DNA of 63,907 nt, counting the filler, from Parasitella parasitica NRRL 2501 (taxonomy: Eukaryota > Fungi > Mucoromycota): the NCBI GenBank assembly GCA_025201805.1. It is 5 parts of 5 records of this genome, joined end to end, with 100 filler letters (N's around TTAATTAATTAA, not from the genome) between each part and the next. Parts side by side here need not be neighbours in the genome. Positions count along the whole stretch, not along the records: positions 26,595 to 50,063 come from MU619454.1; positions 50,164 to 59,814 come from MU619465.1; positions 59,915 to 62,756 come from MU619433.1; 2 more parts are not named here. The stretch is one strand, 5' to 3'. Under the pieces are notes generated by a model. The model was not told where the DNA came from. It did no database searches and saw only the letters and a program-made list of their open reading frames with translations. Shown one piece after another: positions 49,261-62,188 of this stretch; within the stretch, counting starts at the first letter, position 1; every line of letters begins with the position of its first letter. The position numbers and the translations under genes are program-made.

Positions 49261-49818
49261 TTTTGATTTCACAATTAAGTACACAAAACAGTTATAATAA
49301 TGTATATTGTGCTCTCCCTAGCATAATGAAGACATTGTGTATAAAATCATCTACTGGATGTATCGGTAACAGCGTGCAGAGAGTTTATATTTTTTTTTTT
49401 TTTTTTTTGATATAGTACTTGTATTGAACTCTGGTTTGAAGCATGATCAAGACTATTTTAAGTGAACTTATTATCTCTTCATATGATCAAATAGCCCCAA
49501 TAAACATATCTCAAGTAAAACTTTTTTTGTATTGCAACGAATTTTGATTGATCCATCTCTTATCATCGAGTTAAAAGATGTGAATCCAATTGAGTGGCCA
49601 TTATGTCGTATAATATGTGATAAAAGTTATTTTGTGTGTAAATGGTTCGTCTATTACTTCTAGTGATGAGATCATGGTATAACGAATAATTCCAGGCAAG
49701 ACGTTCATCATTAAAAAAGCAATTAGCAAGTGGCCTGAAATATAGTAAGCAAGAACGGCATCATGACGCACAACTCGGTTAGTTGAGGTCTTAACTATGT
49801 AAAAGTGTAATAAAAATA

Positions 49819-49921
49819 CGAGCTTTTTAACACCCCCCGAACTATGGTGAAAAAAATCGACCTTCGCTTCGCTTCGGTGATATTTTTCGACCTTCGTTCT
49901 TATTGGGGGGTACACAGCTCG
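49819..49921 (-). other. ~100-nt conserved hairpin, copy A (GCGAAGC cap on the minus strand)
   Basis: Nested stems CGAGCT/AGCTCG, ACCCCCC/GGGGGGT, GAAC/GTTC, GGTGAAAAA/TTTTTCGACC and apex ACC-TTCGCTTCGCTTC-GGT; related to 62664-62755. Confidence 0.7.
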
Positions 49922-50420
49922 CGCCTGCAGCGGGCTGTCCCACTTAACACAGTGCTACATCAAACGAAATAAGAAACAATGAGTGGAAATAACATTTATG
50001 TATTGTATAAAGATACGATATATTATGATTATTTGGTATTTTTTGTTTAAATCCTCGAAGTTGNNNNNNNNNNNNNNNNNNNNNNNNNNNNNNNNNNNNN
50101 NNNNNNNTTAATTAATTAANNNNNNNNNNNNNNNNNNNNNNNNNNNNNNNNNNNNNNNNNNNNAGTTAGTTATCAATGGCTTTAAAGTTTTTCGTAGATA
50201 CTGCAATTTCAGATAGAATGGCTGTGGAAAGAAAAATATATGAAACAAAGTTATTCACATGAATCTCTGTGCATTTAACCTTGCACCAAAAATGTTTCAA
50301 CTTTGCACAAAATTTATTTTGGTCGTGCTGCGCCAAAACGTTTTTTGGCAGTGCACCTAAATGTTTTTGCTAGTGCACCAATAATTTCTGGAAATAGTGT
50401 ATGTAAATTTGAGATATCAT

Positions 50421-50586
50421 TGATGTGTCAATTTCCCAACCGGAAGTCAAACTCAAGTAAACTCAATCCTGAACACAATTTAGGAACATCATCCCAATGG
50501 ATCATGTTCCTTTCTTATAACTCAACATGACATGTTCATGGACAATAGATACAATCTATCGCTCCATTCTCTAAATCACACCATGT
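50421..50586 (+). repeat. ~165-bp dispersed repeat, copy 2
   Basis: Reverse complement of 24880-25044. Confidence 0.75.
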
Positions 50587-50589
50587 CTC

Positions 50590-52274
50590 ACACTTGTATT
50601 AGATGATACATAGATCACAAACGTAAAAGTTCATGCAAAGAGGACAACAAGACATCGAGTTAAACAGAGAGTAAAGTTCCCTACTATAGACTACAGAATG
50701 TGTTAGACAAATTACATATATAAGAGCAAATTTATGGTATCGACTAATGTTGATAAAATTGAGCAATGTTGAGCTGTTGCTGATGGTTCTGTAATTGCTG
50801 AAGCTGCTGTTGTTGTTTTTGCTGATCAATGTAATGTTGATAGGCCTCTCCAGGAGAAGGTTCAGCATCAAACAAAGTATTTGGATGAGTGGCAAAGTCA
50901 ATTTTAGTAATAAGTTCAAGCATCAAAGGCCAAGTTTGTTCCCAGTGGGTACCCACAGTAAAAGACATGGTGGCTGGTAAAGTATTTAACAAACGATCCA
51001 GAATGTGAGTGGTTGGGATGCCTTGATCATCATACGTTTCATCAAGAAGTATTGAATCATCAGGCAGATTGAGATGTATTCGGTTAATGATGTCATGTAC
51101 AAGAGGGCAAGTTAATAGATAATGAAATCTATTAGCACTTGGTGCTCCACATCTGCAAGAAGAAAGAGGAAAACCAGGGAGATGGTGAAGACGCCATTTG
51201 ACTAGTCTTAGTCTTTCTAAACGAGAGCATGGATAGTAAAGTAGAGGATCATAGCCAGAAGTATCAACTCTAAGAGCCCGTTTACATGAGGATTTTTGAT
51301 TTGTCCATTTGTCAATTTGCGTCTCTTGAAAATCTTCGCATATAAAACGCGCGTTGGTGGGTATTGGAGATGCTTTGTACTTTTTCCAAAGTTTGTTCGA
51401 GCTGAGGCGTCGCCAAAGAGCAGGAGCTATCTTTAGTCGTTGATGTGTGAACAGTATACCAGATATCAGAGTAAAAGGACACGCATACATTTGGAGAGAA
51501 TACCAAAATTTGAACGTCAATATCTGAGCACGGGTATACATGGTAGGAAGATTTGCCATCATATTCAGTACCATAGAAGGAGCATTGTGATTAGCAGACC
51601 TGTTGAGTGTCATGTTTAGGCAAGTAGCCTGAGTCTTGTCGAGAAGCGTAGCAGAAGTAGCATTCAGACCAAGAAGAGCAAGAGCATATTCCATAACAGG
51701 ACGAACAAATACACGATAGACCTTCAGTGACAGCATTAGGCCAAAGCCATATTGATGAACACCAAGGCGCCGAAACAGAGACATAGTTGAGCGAGCTTTT
51801 TTAGTGCTATTATTCAGAAGAGCAGCTGTGTCAATACCAGATACATTAAACGGGATACCGAGGTATTCATATGAAGACATGATTGGAACATCAATCCCGT
51901 AGAGCTTAATAGGTCGCCGTATTGAATGATAATTAACCAGTGCGCATTTAGTGGGGCTCCATTGAAAATCAAATTGTAAAGAGTATTCCTCACAAAGTCG
52001 AACCAACAGAGGCATGTCACGGCGATGAGCAATCAGGCAAACATCATCAGCATATAATAAACAGTGTATAGCGGTTTGTTGACGGATTACACCGAGAGGC
52101 GAGAGAGCAGCGCTACTGGCTGCTTCCGAAAGATTAGAGCCTTCACCATACTTTATGTAATCAAGCGTTGGTGCTTCAGCAGGGACATTGGTAGCAGAGT
52201 CATCACCAGCAGAGTTACGAGCTCGAACAGCGATATCCACATGTAACGGGAATCGAACTGGAGCTGTACGTAAC
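50590..52274 (-). mobile_element. non-LTR retrotransposon, 3' part (RT C-terminal half plus Cys/His finger); clade differs from the L1 above
   Basis: LLYADD, WSPTKC, YEYLGIPF, YRVFVRPVMEYAL, RLVKWR...CRCG...RFHYLLTC; 5' part in a gap. Confidence 0.85.
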
Positions 52275-53054
52275 NNNNNNNNNNNNNNNNNNNNNNNNNN
52301 NNNNNNNNNNNNNNNNNNNNNNNNNNNNNNNNNNNNNNNNNNNNNNNNNNNNNNNNNNNNNNNNNNNNNNNNNNNNNNNNNNNNNNNNNNNNNNNNNNNN
52401 NNNNNNNNNNNNNNNNNNNNNNNNNNNNNNNNNNNNNNNNNNNNNNNNNNNNNNNNNNNNNNNNNNNNNNNNNNNNNNNNNNNNNNNNNNNNNNNNNNNN
52501 NNNNNNNNNNNNNNNNNNNNNNNNNNNNNNNNNNNNNNNNNNNNNNNNNNNNNNNNNNNNNNNNNNNNNNNNNNNNNNNNNNNNNNNNNNNNNNNNNNNN
52601 NNNNNNNNNNNNNNNNNNNNNNNNNNNNNNNNNNNNNNNNNNNNNNNNNNNNNNNNNNNNNNNNNNNNNNNNNNNNNNNNNNNNNNNNNNNNNNNNNNNN
52701 NNNNNNNNNNNNNNNNNNNNNNNNNNNNNNNNNNNNNNNNNNNNNNNNNNNNNNNNNNNNNNNNNNNNNNNNNNNNNNNNNNNNNNNNNNNNNNNNNNNN
52801 NNNNNNNNNNNNNNNNNNNNNNNNNNNNNNNNNNNNNNNNNNNNNNNNNNNNNNNNNNNNNNNNNNNNNNNNNNNNNNNNNNNNNNNNNNNNNNNNNNNN
52901 NNNNNNNNNNNNNNNNNNNNNNNNNNNNNNNNNNNNNNNNNNNNNNNNNNNNNNNNNNNNNNNNNNNNNNNNNNNNNNNNNNNNNNNNNNNNNNNNNNNN
53001 NNNNNNNNNNNNNNNNNNNNNNNNNNNNNNNNNNNNNNNNNNNNNNNNNNNNNN

Positions 53055-53386
53055 GGATCTTCTCATGGCTATGAATAAACTATTGCTATTTATACTAAAT
53101 GTGGAATTTAAAGATAAAGAAATATACCATGATGATGTGATGTATGATTGACCAATAAACCTGATAGAAAGATTGAAAGTAGATGTTGATGAAGATAGAA
53201 ATTGACAACTACAACATTAATTGGTGTATTGTAGATATAAAAAATTTATGGACTTGTTTATAGGCAAGATCTTTATGAATATACCTTTAGGTAACTAAAA
53301 TGTTTATTAAAGTTTATATCACGAAATTGACATTAAAGTTGTACAATTCCGCGGGTAAACCAATGTACAAATTCTGTTCTATGACA
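53055..53386 (-). mobile_element. 3' LTR of the chromovirus (partial)
   Basis: On the minus strand a PPT GGGGGAAGG (53398-53390) is followed by TAA and TGTCAT; runs into a gap. Confidence 0.7.
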
Positions 53387-53406
53387 TTACCTTCCCCCAG
53401 ATGTTG

Positions 53407-56400
53407 TTAAACCCGTTTATTTTTCTTACTTAATCTACTATTTAATTTGTTTGTAGAAGATAATGTAGAGTTTGTTGTGAAACTGCTCTCTTCACTATTT
53501 GTTGATGCTTTACGTTTTGATTTATGTGAAAAATATTTTTGGCAGTTGTCATTTTTAACTGTTGATATATCATTCTTGTAGTTGTCTTTCCATGAAAACT
53601 TTTCTGGAACTTTTCCGATTCTTTGCCAATATTGTGTAATAAACTTGGGATCAACAAAATTACTTTCTGGTTCATACGAATCATGCTTTGATGTGTAGTT
53701 TTTCCATCTGACATTATATAAGTATTTTCCTTTTACCTTTTTATGACCGATTATAGCTTCTACATCATAAAATTTATCTGTTGAGATAATTGGGTCTTGA
53801 GATACCATTTTTAAAAGAGATGGAGGGAAATTTTTAGGTTCGAGTTGTCCTTTTTCATTCTCCAAGACATAAGAACCACCTTTTGTTATTCTTTTTACTT
53901 TGTACATGCCAATGTAATTGGGGTCTAATTTGCTTCCTTTTTCAGTGACCTTAATCATCACATGTGCTCCTTCTGGGATGCTTATTAATTTGTGTGTGGC
54001 ATCAAACCTTTGTTTTTGTTTTCCCACAACAATTAAGGTGCGCTCGTGGATTGCCGGAAAGACTACCTCCGTCATGTTTTTGATGCGCTCCAAAAGCGCT
54101 TGATTTATTTGTTCTCTTGTTGCAGTATCTTTTTCTTTGCTAAAATCTTCAAAGTCTCCTGCAGTTCGTCCAAACATCATTGTGAATGGTGCTGTTTTTG
54201 TTCTTTCATTATGTTTACAATTTAAATATAACATTGTCGAAGGGACATAAAGATCCCAATCAGCCGAGGCGCCAACAACGCGTTTTTTGATTACGTTTAC
54301 AGCACTTTGTACAAAGCGTTCAGAAATTCCGTTAGCTCTAGGGTGGTAGCGGCTCACTAGGCGATGCTCAAAACCACTATGCTCAGCTAATAAAGCTACG
54401 CATTCGTTCAAGAACTCTGATCCATTATCGGATTGAATGACTCTAGGTATTCCAAAAGTAGATATTAGATTTACAAGTTCTTTCACAATTGATAGAGCTG
54501 ATTTGTCTTGGATAGGCTTTAATACACCATAACGAGTTGCAATATCAACCATTATCATCAAGTAATTATTACCCTGAGTGGATGTTTTGAAAGGTCCTGC
54601 TAAATCCAAGCCCCAACTATCTCCAGGTAATGTGCTAGTTATTGGCCTTAAAGGATGATAACCTTTTCTGACAATGTTAAATTGTTGACATGGTGTACAG
54701 GATTTGACTAATTCAGATGCTTCAGTTTTTAGATCTTTCCAGTATATGCCTTTACGTTTGAGTGCATAGTATATTGCATCAGAACCAAAGTGTCCTTTAA
54801 GGTGTTCATCTATTAATAACTCTTTTCTTTCTTGGGGTGTAGGCGGTGTCATGTACTCTCCACTGTTGACATCAGGTAAAGACTTGTCTAATATAGCAGC
54901 ACGGCTGATTAACTTTAAACTACCCTCCCCCAGTTCATTTGACAGGTGGGAAGATTCAAAAAGTCTAGATAGCATATCACAAAGCTTATTGTCGAGACCT
55001 GGTAAATGAACGATGGTAAAATCATATTGAAGAATGATATCCAACCAGTTTATCATCATTATATTGGCAATTTTTTGTGTATGGAGATAACACAATGCCT
55101 TGTGATCAGTATATAACACAAAATGTGCTCCCCAAAGGTACTGTATTTATGAAATTTTTTCAGGGCATAAACCACGGCTAATAATTCTTTTTTTGTAGCT
55201 GAGTAGTTTCGCTCACTTGTGGATAATGTTTTGGCATGCATGGAAATGTACTTAGTCTCACCGTTAATCCGTTGAAATAATAATACACCTATGCCCACAT
55301 TGGAGGCATCACAACCCACATAGAATTTTTCCTGCAAATTTGGAAAAGATAATACAGTATCGTGAAGGAGTGCGTTTTTAAGATTTTCAAAAGCTGCTTG
55401 ATGCTCATCATTCCATAAAGTTTCAACATGCTTAGAGTAACGCAATGGATTTAGAGGTGCCATGATAGTGGAAATATTAGGAATCAGGTTGGAAAAGTAT
55501 TGGATGAGTCCAGTATATCTCTAGATATCTTTGTAAGTTTTTGGTTTAGGAAAGTTCATTACATTGACTAATTTCCTTCGATCCATGGAGACACCTCTAG
55601 GGCTGATACGAAATCCCAGTAAGTGAATTTCTTTTTGGAAAAATTTGCATTTAGAAGGTTGTAATTTGAGATTGACCTCTGTAAGTTTTTCAATCACTTT
55701 TTGTACATGAATACGATGCATTTCTATTGAAGGGCTAAAAATAACTATGTCATCAATAAAGTGTCTCGTGAATGCAGATAGCTCGCTATTGCTAAAGATA
55801 TGGCTAAGTAGCCTTTGGGTATGGCTGCTAATATGCTTAATCCCGAAGACACAGCCTAAAGGAGTGTATTGGATTCCTTTCCAAGTAAAATTTAACTTGT
55901 GTTTGTGCAGGGGATTGAATGATAGCGCATTGAAAGCCGATTTTAGATCGCAAGTACTATAGACATTTGCAGAATGGAGGTCTTCAAATAATTCATTAAT
56001 AATGGGTAATGGCATCCTGTCTGTATCTTGAAGCAAAGCATTTATATGCCGAGGGTCATGACAAACACGATGTCCCGTAATTTCTCCTTTTCCATTAGTT
56101 TTCTTAACCACAGTTATAGGGCAATTCCATTCTGAGCTAGTTGTTGATCTTTCAATAAAGTTTTCATCAAGCCATGTAGCTATTTGTTTGTCAACAATGT
56201 CATAATAAACAAGAGGGACAGGGTAAGGTCGCCTAAATCCTGTTTTGCCAGGTGGTGTCTCAATAGATACTACACTTTCGGGCAAATTACAAAATGTACC
56301 ATTTGGTATTTGTTGATTTTTATCAATTGCTGGTTGAATAAATGCTAAAGCATTTTCATATTCTATTTTACTACCAGCTGGAGAATTTTCGCTATTAGCA

Positions 56401-56999
56401 TTCTCTTCTTCAATTTCGTTTAGTAGTTCGCTGTTGTCGTTGGAATATTTGCGAAATTGATCAGGTGAGCATTTAGGATTAGAAGCTTCAAAAGAAATGG
56501 GCAATCCTGAGATTGCTATACCGAAGGTACTCATAAAATCAGTTCCTATGCTTAAATCATATTCATTTGTTAGATTCATAACTTCGAAGATACGATTATT
56601 AATAGTGATATTATTGCAAGTGATGCTACGAATTTTACAAGTTCCAATGCGTTTGATAATGGAATTAGAATCAGCTAAGCGTATTTCATTGTTTATATTG
56701 TCAAAGGAAGATTTAAAGTAATCAATATTCATTTTATTTTTGATACAAAATTTATGATTTACTGAGGAGAAGTTTGCTCCAGTATCAAGAAGTGCGAAAG
56801 CAGGCTGATTCTCTATTTTTACAGGAAATGTAATAGAGTCATTAATGTTTGAAAAATCTTTTGTTACAGGAGGTGACTTACATTTGGTGGCATTACGATT
56901 TTGCTCATCTGCAAATTGCTTCCAAGGGCTAGTATTATCATATTCATCTTCTTCATTATCTTGAGCTGATGAGTTGAGTTCAGGATGTTCATTGCTGCG
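53407..56999 (-). mobile_element. Ty3/Gypsy chromovirus pol (PR-RT-RNaseH-INT-chromodomain), disabled
   Basis: LLDTGANFS, RVCHDPR, FIDD, CDASNVGIG, YTDHKAL, HHCC, DLAGP, SDNGSEF, chromodomain YDVEAIIGH...YNVRWKNY...SYEPESN; in-frame stop at 55521-55523 and a 5-bp insertion near 55140. Confidence 0.93.
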
Positions 57000-57149
57000 N
57001 NNNNNNNNNAGTAGATAAGGTTTGGATTAAAGGGGGTAATAAAAGCGGGAAAATAAGGTTAATTTGGCAAGAGGTTTTTCCGAAAAAGTATATAAGAAGG
57101 TCAATTTGCAACGCGCGAGAAACTACCTATACTTCTCTTCGGTAGTATA

Positions 57150-57957
57150 GTCAAAGTATAAGATTTATTTATATAAAGTACTGTATATAAGATAAATTGC
57201 GGATAAGGTGGATACTTATTATAAAATAAGCCCATGAGTACCAGTTACTCCCCTCCGACTTGTAAAAATGAAAAATGAAATCAAAAAACATCTGAGAACG
57301 ATGCAAAAGTATGGTAAAAAGAAAAAATAAGGTAGTAAATCAAGATTAAGCATGAAAAAAAGGTGTGATGGACCGACGAGAGCCGTTAATCCATGCGACA
57401 AAAGGAGATTGATCTGTGTATGAAGCAGGGTTAATGGGCTCATCTGATGGTAGACAAATGGATTCAAGGTTAAATAGAAACTGTTGTAGCGCTGCCCAAC
57501 GAGCGGTCAAGTAAAATTTGTCAGTGTATGATCTCGGGGGCGATTTAGGTAGTGAATTCAAGAAAGCATGAATGTCCATATCTAGATTTTCACAAATTTG
57601 GAAACATTGCAGTACGTGTAATTGGGTGGTTAGGGCGTTGATCTGATTACAATTGCGGCAGGCCTGTGGCTTTCCAGGGAACCAGCCCATTCGCCAACGA
57701 ATGAGTCGACTCCTTTCATGCACTGTCATTGGCAAGTACATAATTGGATCGATGCCGAGGGTAGTACGACAATGACCTGCATATATAAACTTGGATTGAG
57801 TGGAGTGCCATTGATCTAAAAGAAATTGGTTGATTTGTAGCTTGAGATCAGCGTTGTCTATATAAATTTGGTGTGTTCTACTAGTAATGGGGAGGTCTGT
57901 GGTTAATTGTTGCCAGATGGGGTTGCGATTTCGAAGTTTTTTGAGGTAGCAGGTTCG
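57150..57957 (-). mobile_element. 5'-truncated non-LTR retrotransposon 3' fragment (same type as 50590-52274)
   Basis: DPIMYLPMTVHERSRLIRWRMGWFPGKPQACRNC...HVLQC; bracketed by the 14-bp direct repeat TCTTCGGTAGTATA (57136-57149, 57958-57971). Confidence 0.7.
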
Positions 57958-58034
57958 TCTTCGGTAGTATAAATTAAAGTTTTTATTTAATAAGATAGTA
58001 GCTATAAAGATCTTCGCTATTTAGNNNNNNNNNN

Positions 58035-59721
58035 ATTCATTTGTTAGATTCATAACTTCGAAGATACGATTATTAATAGTGATATTATTGCAAGTGATGC
58101 TACGAATTTTACAAGTTCCAATGCGTTTGATAATGGAATTAGAATCAGCTAAGCGTATTTCATTGTTTATATTGTCAGAGGAAGATTTAAAGTAATCAAT
58201 ATTCATTTTATTTTTGATACAAAATTTATGATTTACTGAGGAGAAGTTTGCTCCAGTATCAAGAAGTGCGAAAGCAGGCTGATTCTCTATTTTTACAGGA
58301 AATGTAATAGAGTCATTAATGTTTGAAAAATCTTTTGTTACAGGAGGTGACTTACATTTGGTGGCATTACAATTTTGCTCATCTGCAAATTGCTTCCAAG
58401 GGCTAGTATTATCATATTCATCTTCTTCATTATCTTGAGCTGATGAGTTGAGTTCAGGATGTTCATTGCTGCGACGGGCCATTCTTGATGTTTTCATGGA
58501 AGATGATCTTTTGTTTTTAAATTCCACGCATCTATGGCCTGGAAACCATGTTGCTTTAAGGCAGTAAGTGCACAATTTGTCTTTGATACTACTGGATAAA
58601 TTATTGTTATTATAGGAGTTGTGAGCCTTAGTAGTAGTATCTGAGTTGGCTACTTTATTGGCTATTATACCATTAGTACGCATCCTTTTGGAGGGAGGCG
58701 CAAAACCAGAGTCTTCACCCGAAGCCAGAACGAGATCCATTATTTGGTTGATTGAAGTTGGAAGACTTGAACCAAAATGCGTGGCAATAGCTACTTGAGA
58801 ACGAGAACGAACATTGTCTCTCAAGGAAACAAAGAAAGCCACAGCCAGTTGAGTACCATCCTCCAGACCAGCCTCACGACGGAGCTTTTGATATCTGCTA
58901 GCATATTCTCTGGTAGATTCTGATGAGTCTTGACGAAGAGCCCCAACCTCAGCCATCAACATGAATTTCCTGTAAGGAGTGTCAAAAAAGTTCAATATTT
59001 GCACACGAGCTTCAGACCACGGAAGTAGTTTGTTAGCCAAGTTTTCTTCGAACCAAGAGATTTGTTCAGAGTTGAGACACATAGGTGAGAGACGTTCCCA
59101 ATTAGTATCAAAAGGCTGGATATGGGCACGAAGGATTGTCTCGAAGGCAGTACAGAAGTCGAAAGCTGAGTCAAATACATCTTGATTATGTTTCCATATG
59201 GAATCTCCTTTCAATTGAAGAAAAGGCAAACCGGAAGGAACGACTGCACGTTGTGAATGAGGCACAGAAATAGGAGGATCGGCATGCAATGAGGATTTAA
59301 AAGAAGAGAGAGACGACTGGAATTTTTCCAAGGATTCATGGGCAGCGATGTATGAGTTGTAAGCACTAGTGGTTTGTTCAGAGTTTTCATCTTGCTCCAT
59401 CAACAGACTGTATTTGGCAAATAAAATGCTTGCTTTTTTTGTGAGTTTGTTCAAAACATCTTGAGAACGGGTAGCAGTTTCATGAGGAGATTGGTAATCC
59501 AAAGAGGTCATATCTACAGGAAGCTCAGTTTCATTCAAAGCTCTAGAGGATTCGGCATCTGTCATTGTCTCATCTTCATCTACTTGTTGAGAGGGGCCGA
59601 CAGAAAGATCAGAAGCAGAAGCAATGGGGATAGTAGCCAAAGGGCCGTCATTGGGATGGTTGTCTTCTGTTGGAGTAGAAGACGGATCTTGCGAAGAGGT
59701 TACTTTTCTTGTTAAAGCCAT
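58035..59721 (-). mobile_element. Gag-protease of the same Ty3/Gypsy family
   Basis: Capsid-like LRQDSSESTREYASRY, knuckle CTYC..W.PGH.C, LLDTGANFS; 58035-58472 is nearly identical to 56562-56999. Confidence 0.9.
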
Positions 59722-60369
59722 GATGTCTTGAGGATAACAAATTTAAAAAGTAAAATGTGAAAATCAGAAGAAACACTAAAATAAAATACTTTTTAAGATG
59801 TTGTTTTATTTTATNNNNNNNNNNNNNNNNNNNNNNNNNNNNNNNNNNNNNNNNNNNNTTAATTAATTAANNNNNNNNNNNNNNNNNNNNNNNNNNNNNN
59901 NNNNNNNNNNNNNNAATAGACTTTATAAATGAAAATTCTAAATGTCAAGCTTGTTAATCCTACAGTATATACGGCTAATCAATGTATCATTTATATTATC
60001 TACTATTGAAATAAATCCATCTGCAATTTGAAACCCTAATGAATACGCGAGAACAATTTATGAGAGATAAATACGATACCAATTATAGTGCTTCTATTTT
60101 CTATGTTGTGCACAAATGGGCATAATGGCGTAAACATGAGCATTTCACATAGTATGCACTTTTGAGCATAGTATTAAGCATACGGGCAGATTATATGAAG
60201 AGCACATATGAGCTTAACAATAAGCATATGTGCTGTTTTGTCTATTATGCACATTGTGCATATTAATGTATTATTAACCATATTCACTGTGCATAATAGC
60301 TTAGGCTTTAGTGGTATGCCCACTTGGGCATAATAAGGTAATAATGCGCATACTACTTCGGCCGTAGTG

Positions 60370-61012
60370 ATATGCAATGCTGATATGAAAATATGTGATA
60401 TCATCTGATAACTTTATAGATATCAATAAAAACATCAATGTCAATGTTGTTTCTAGATAGCGCCAAGTCAATGCCAAGTTTTCCAATTTAGATCATGGTC
60501 TTATGGTCATTTTAGCAAAAGTTATAAGCAAATATCTGATATTTATGATAAATATTGAAAAATAAAACTGTTTTCGCACATAACTTTTGATAAACACATC
60601 GCCCAAAGGGAATCAAGTAATGCTCAGATAGCGATGATCATGCCTGATTTGATGGCGCATAAGACAGGCTTTGATTTGCTCTTTATCGCAGCCTATCAGC
60701 GATTATATGCAATTTGGATATGTAAATTTGTGATGTCATCGCATAACTTTATAGATATCGATGAAAACACGGATACCAACGTTGTTGCCAGATAGCGCCA
60801 AGTCAATGCCACGTTTTCCAACTTAGATCATGGCCTTATGGTCATTTTAACAAAAGTTATTAGCAAATATCTGTTATTTATTAGAAATATTGAAAAATAA
60901 AACTGTTTTTGCACATAACTTTTGATAGAGACATTGCCCAGTGGACTCCAAGTTATGCTCATATAGCGATAATCATGCCTGATTTGATGGCGCATAAGAC
61001 AGGCTTTGATTT
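60370..61012. repeat. ~2 tandem units of the 335-bp repeat
   Basis: CGAT.ATCATGCCTGATTTGATGGCGCATAAGACAGGC at 60632 and 60967 (period 335). Confidence 0.88.
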
Positions 61013-61539
61013 AGTTCTATAGTTGTTGACTCCTAAAAAGTTAAATAGTTGACGAAGGTGCTCGACTTTTCCACTCGTTTTGTATCCGTGGTATTAGTAT
61101 TTTTAATTAACGAGTCTTTTTCTCATTTTTCTTCATCAAAAACCAATATTTTTGGATGAAACAAAGACCGGCCAACTCAGAAGCACTTTCGGAGTTCCAA
61201 ATTGGGTCGAAAACTATTTAAACTCCGCTTTAAATATTAAGTCTCGAAATATTATACTTAATGTTTGTGACAAAAATATGTTAGTTATAAATTTATTCAC
61301 AATATGTTTATTGGTTGTAAAAAGCAAGGAGATAATATTCAATTGACATATTTTACCTCGTAATAATACGTAGTTGAAATCTGTCAAGTCGAAAATAAAA
61401 AAATATTAAAGTTTCATGCGAGAAGTTGCATCTAACTTATTGAAGACTAAACTTTGCCTATATGCTATATATGTTTTGACAGCTGCATGAATTTTTTGTA
61501 GCACATTAAGAATACTAGTTTTTTGCAAGTAAAACTATT

Positions 61540-61750
61540 TGTTATATCAATAACATGGCAAAGTCTCACATCAGGATCTCAGATCAGTCCCAGGGTCTTA
61601 CAGTAAATCATGGGTAGTCATGATTTACATTATGCAGCTAGACAGTAGAACCCTAGTGTAATGAATGTGTATATAATACATCGAGAGATGTATTATGAAT
61701 AAAGGTGTAATTCTTTGGCAGATTTATTTTATCAGACTTTTGACATAACA
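61540..61750 (+). mobile_element. solo LTR (211 bp), copy 2
   Basis: TGTTAT...ATAACA termini, 5-bp TSD CTATT, internal AATAAA. Confidence 0.9.
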
Positions 61751-62188
61751 CTATTCTTGATAAGATTCATGATGTATTATCAAGGTTATAGAGTCGGTTG
61801 CCAAAAAATTTGCGAAGGTTAGGGACTTGAAACAGGTGATTGGAAGAAAGGATAAGGTTACCCAGTTTTAGGATGCTGGAATGAAGACAATGGTTAATAC
61901 TCTTGGATCTTTACCGGCCATTTCTGAGAGGCTAAAACGTCGACAAAGGCGGAAATTTCTACAATTGGGAAAAGGATATTCCAACCATATCCAAATTAAT
62001 GCCTGAAAAGCCCTTTAATTGCAAGGATATCAATTATTACACTACAGGACTATTCATCTTTGGTCTGAAAGTGTCTTGATTTTTCTCAATAAAAGACTAC
62101 CGTGTTGTGCCTGTGTCAAAGGGCGCAGCGAAATGTTATTTAAATGTTATATAAAAGAAGTAATAAAGATTCTTCTGAATAGGACCTA

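Noticed and set aside
22068-53078. ORFs made mostly of X
   Set aside because: They span N gaps.
57110-57160. Possible hammerhead ribozyme near the RT fragment
   Set aside because: No CUGANGA core paired with a correctly placed GAAA.
56562-58472. Apparent tandem duplication of the Gypsy protease region
   Set aside because: Both copies end at 10-N gaps and differ by only a couple of bases; most likely collapsed-repeat or haplotype assembly redundancy.
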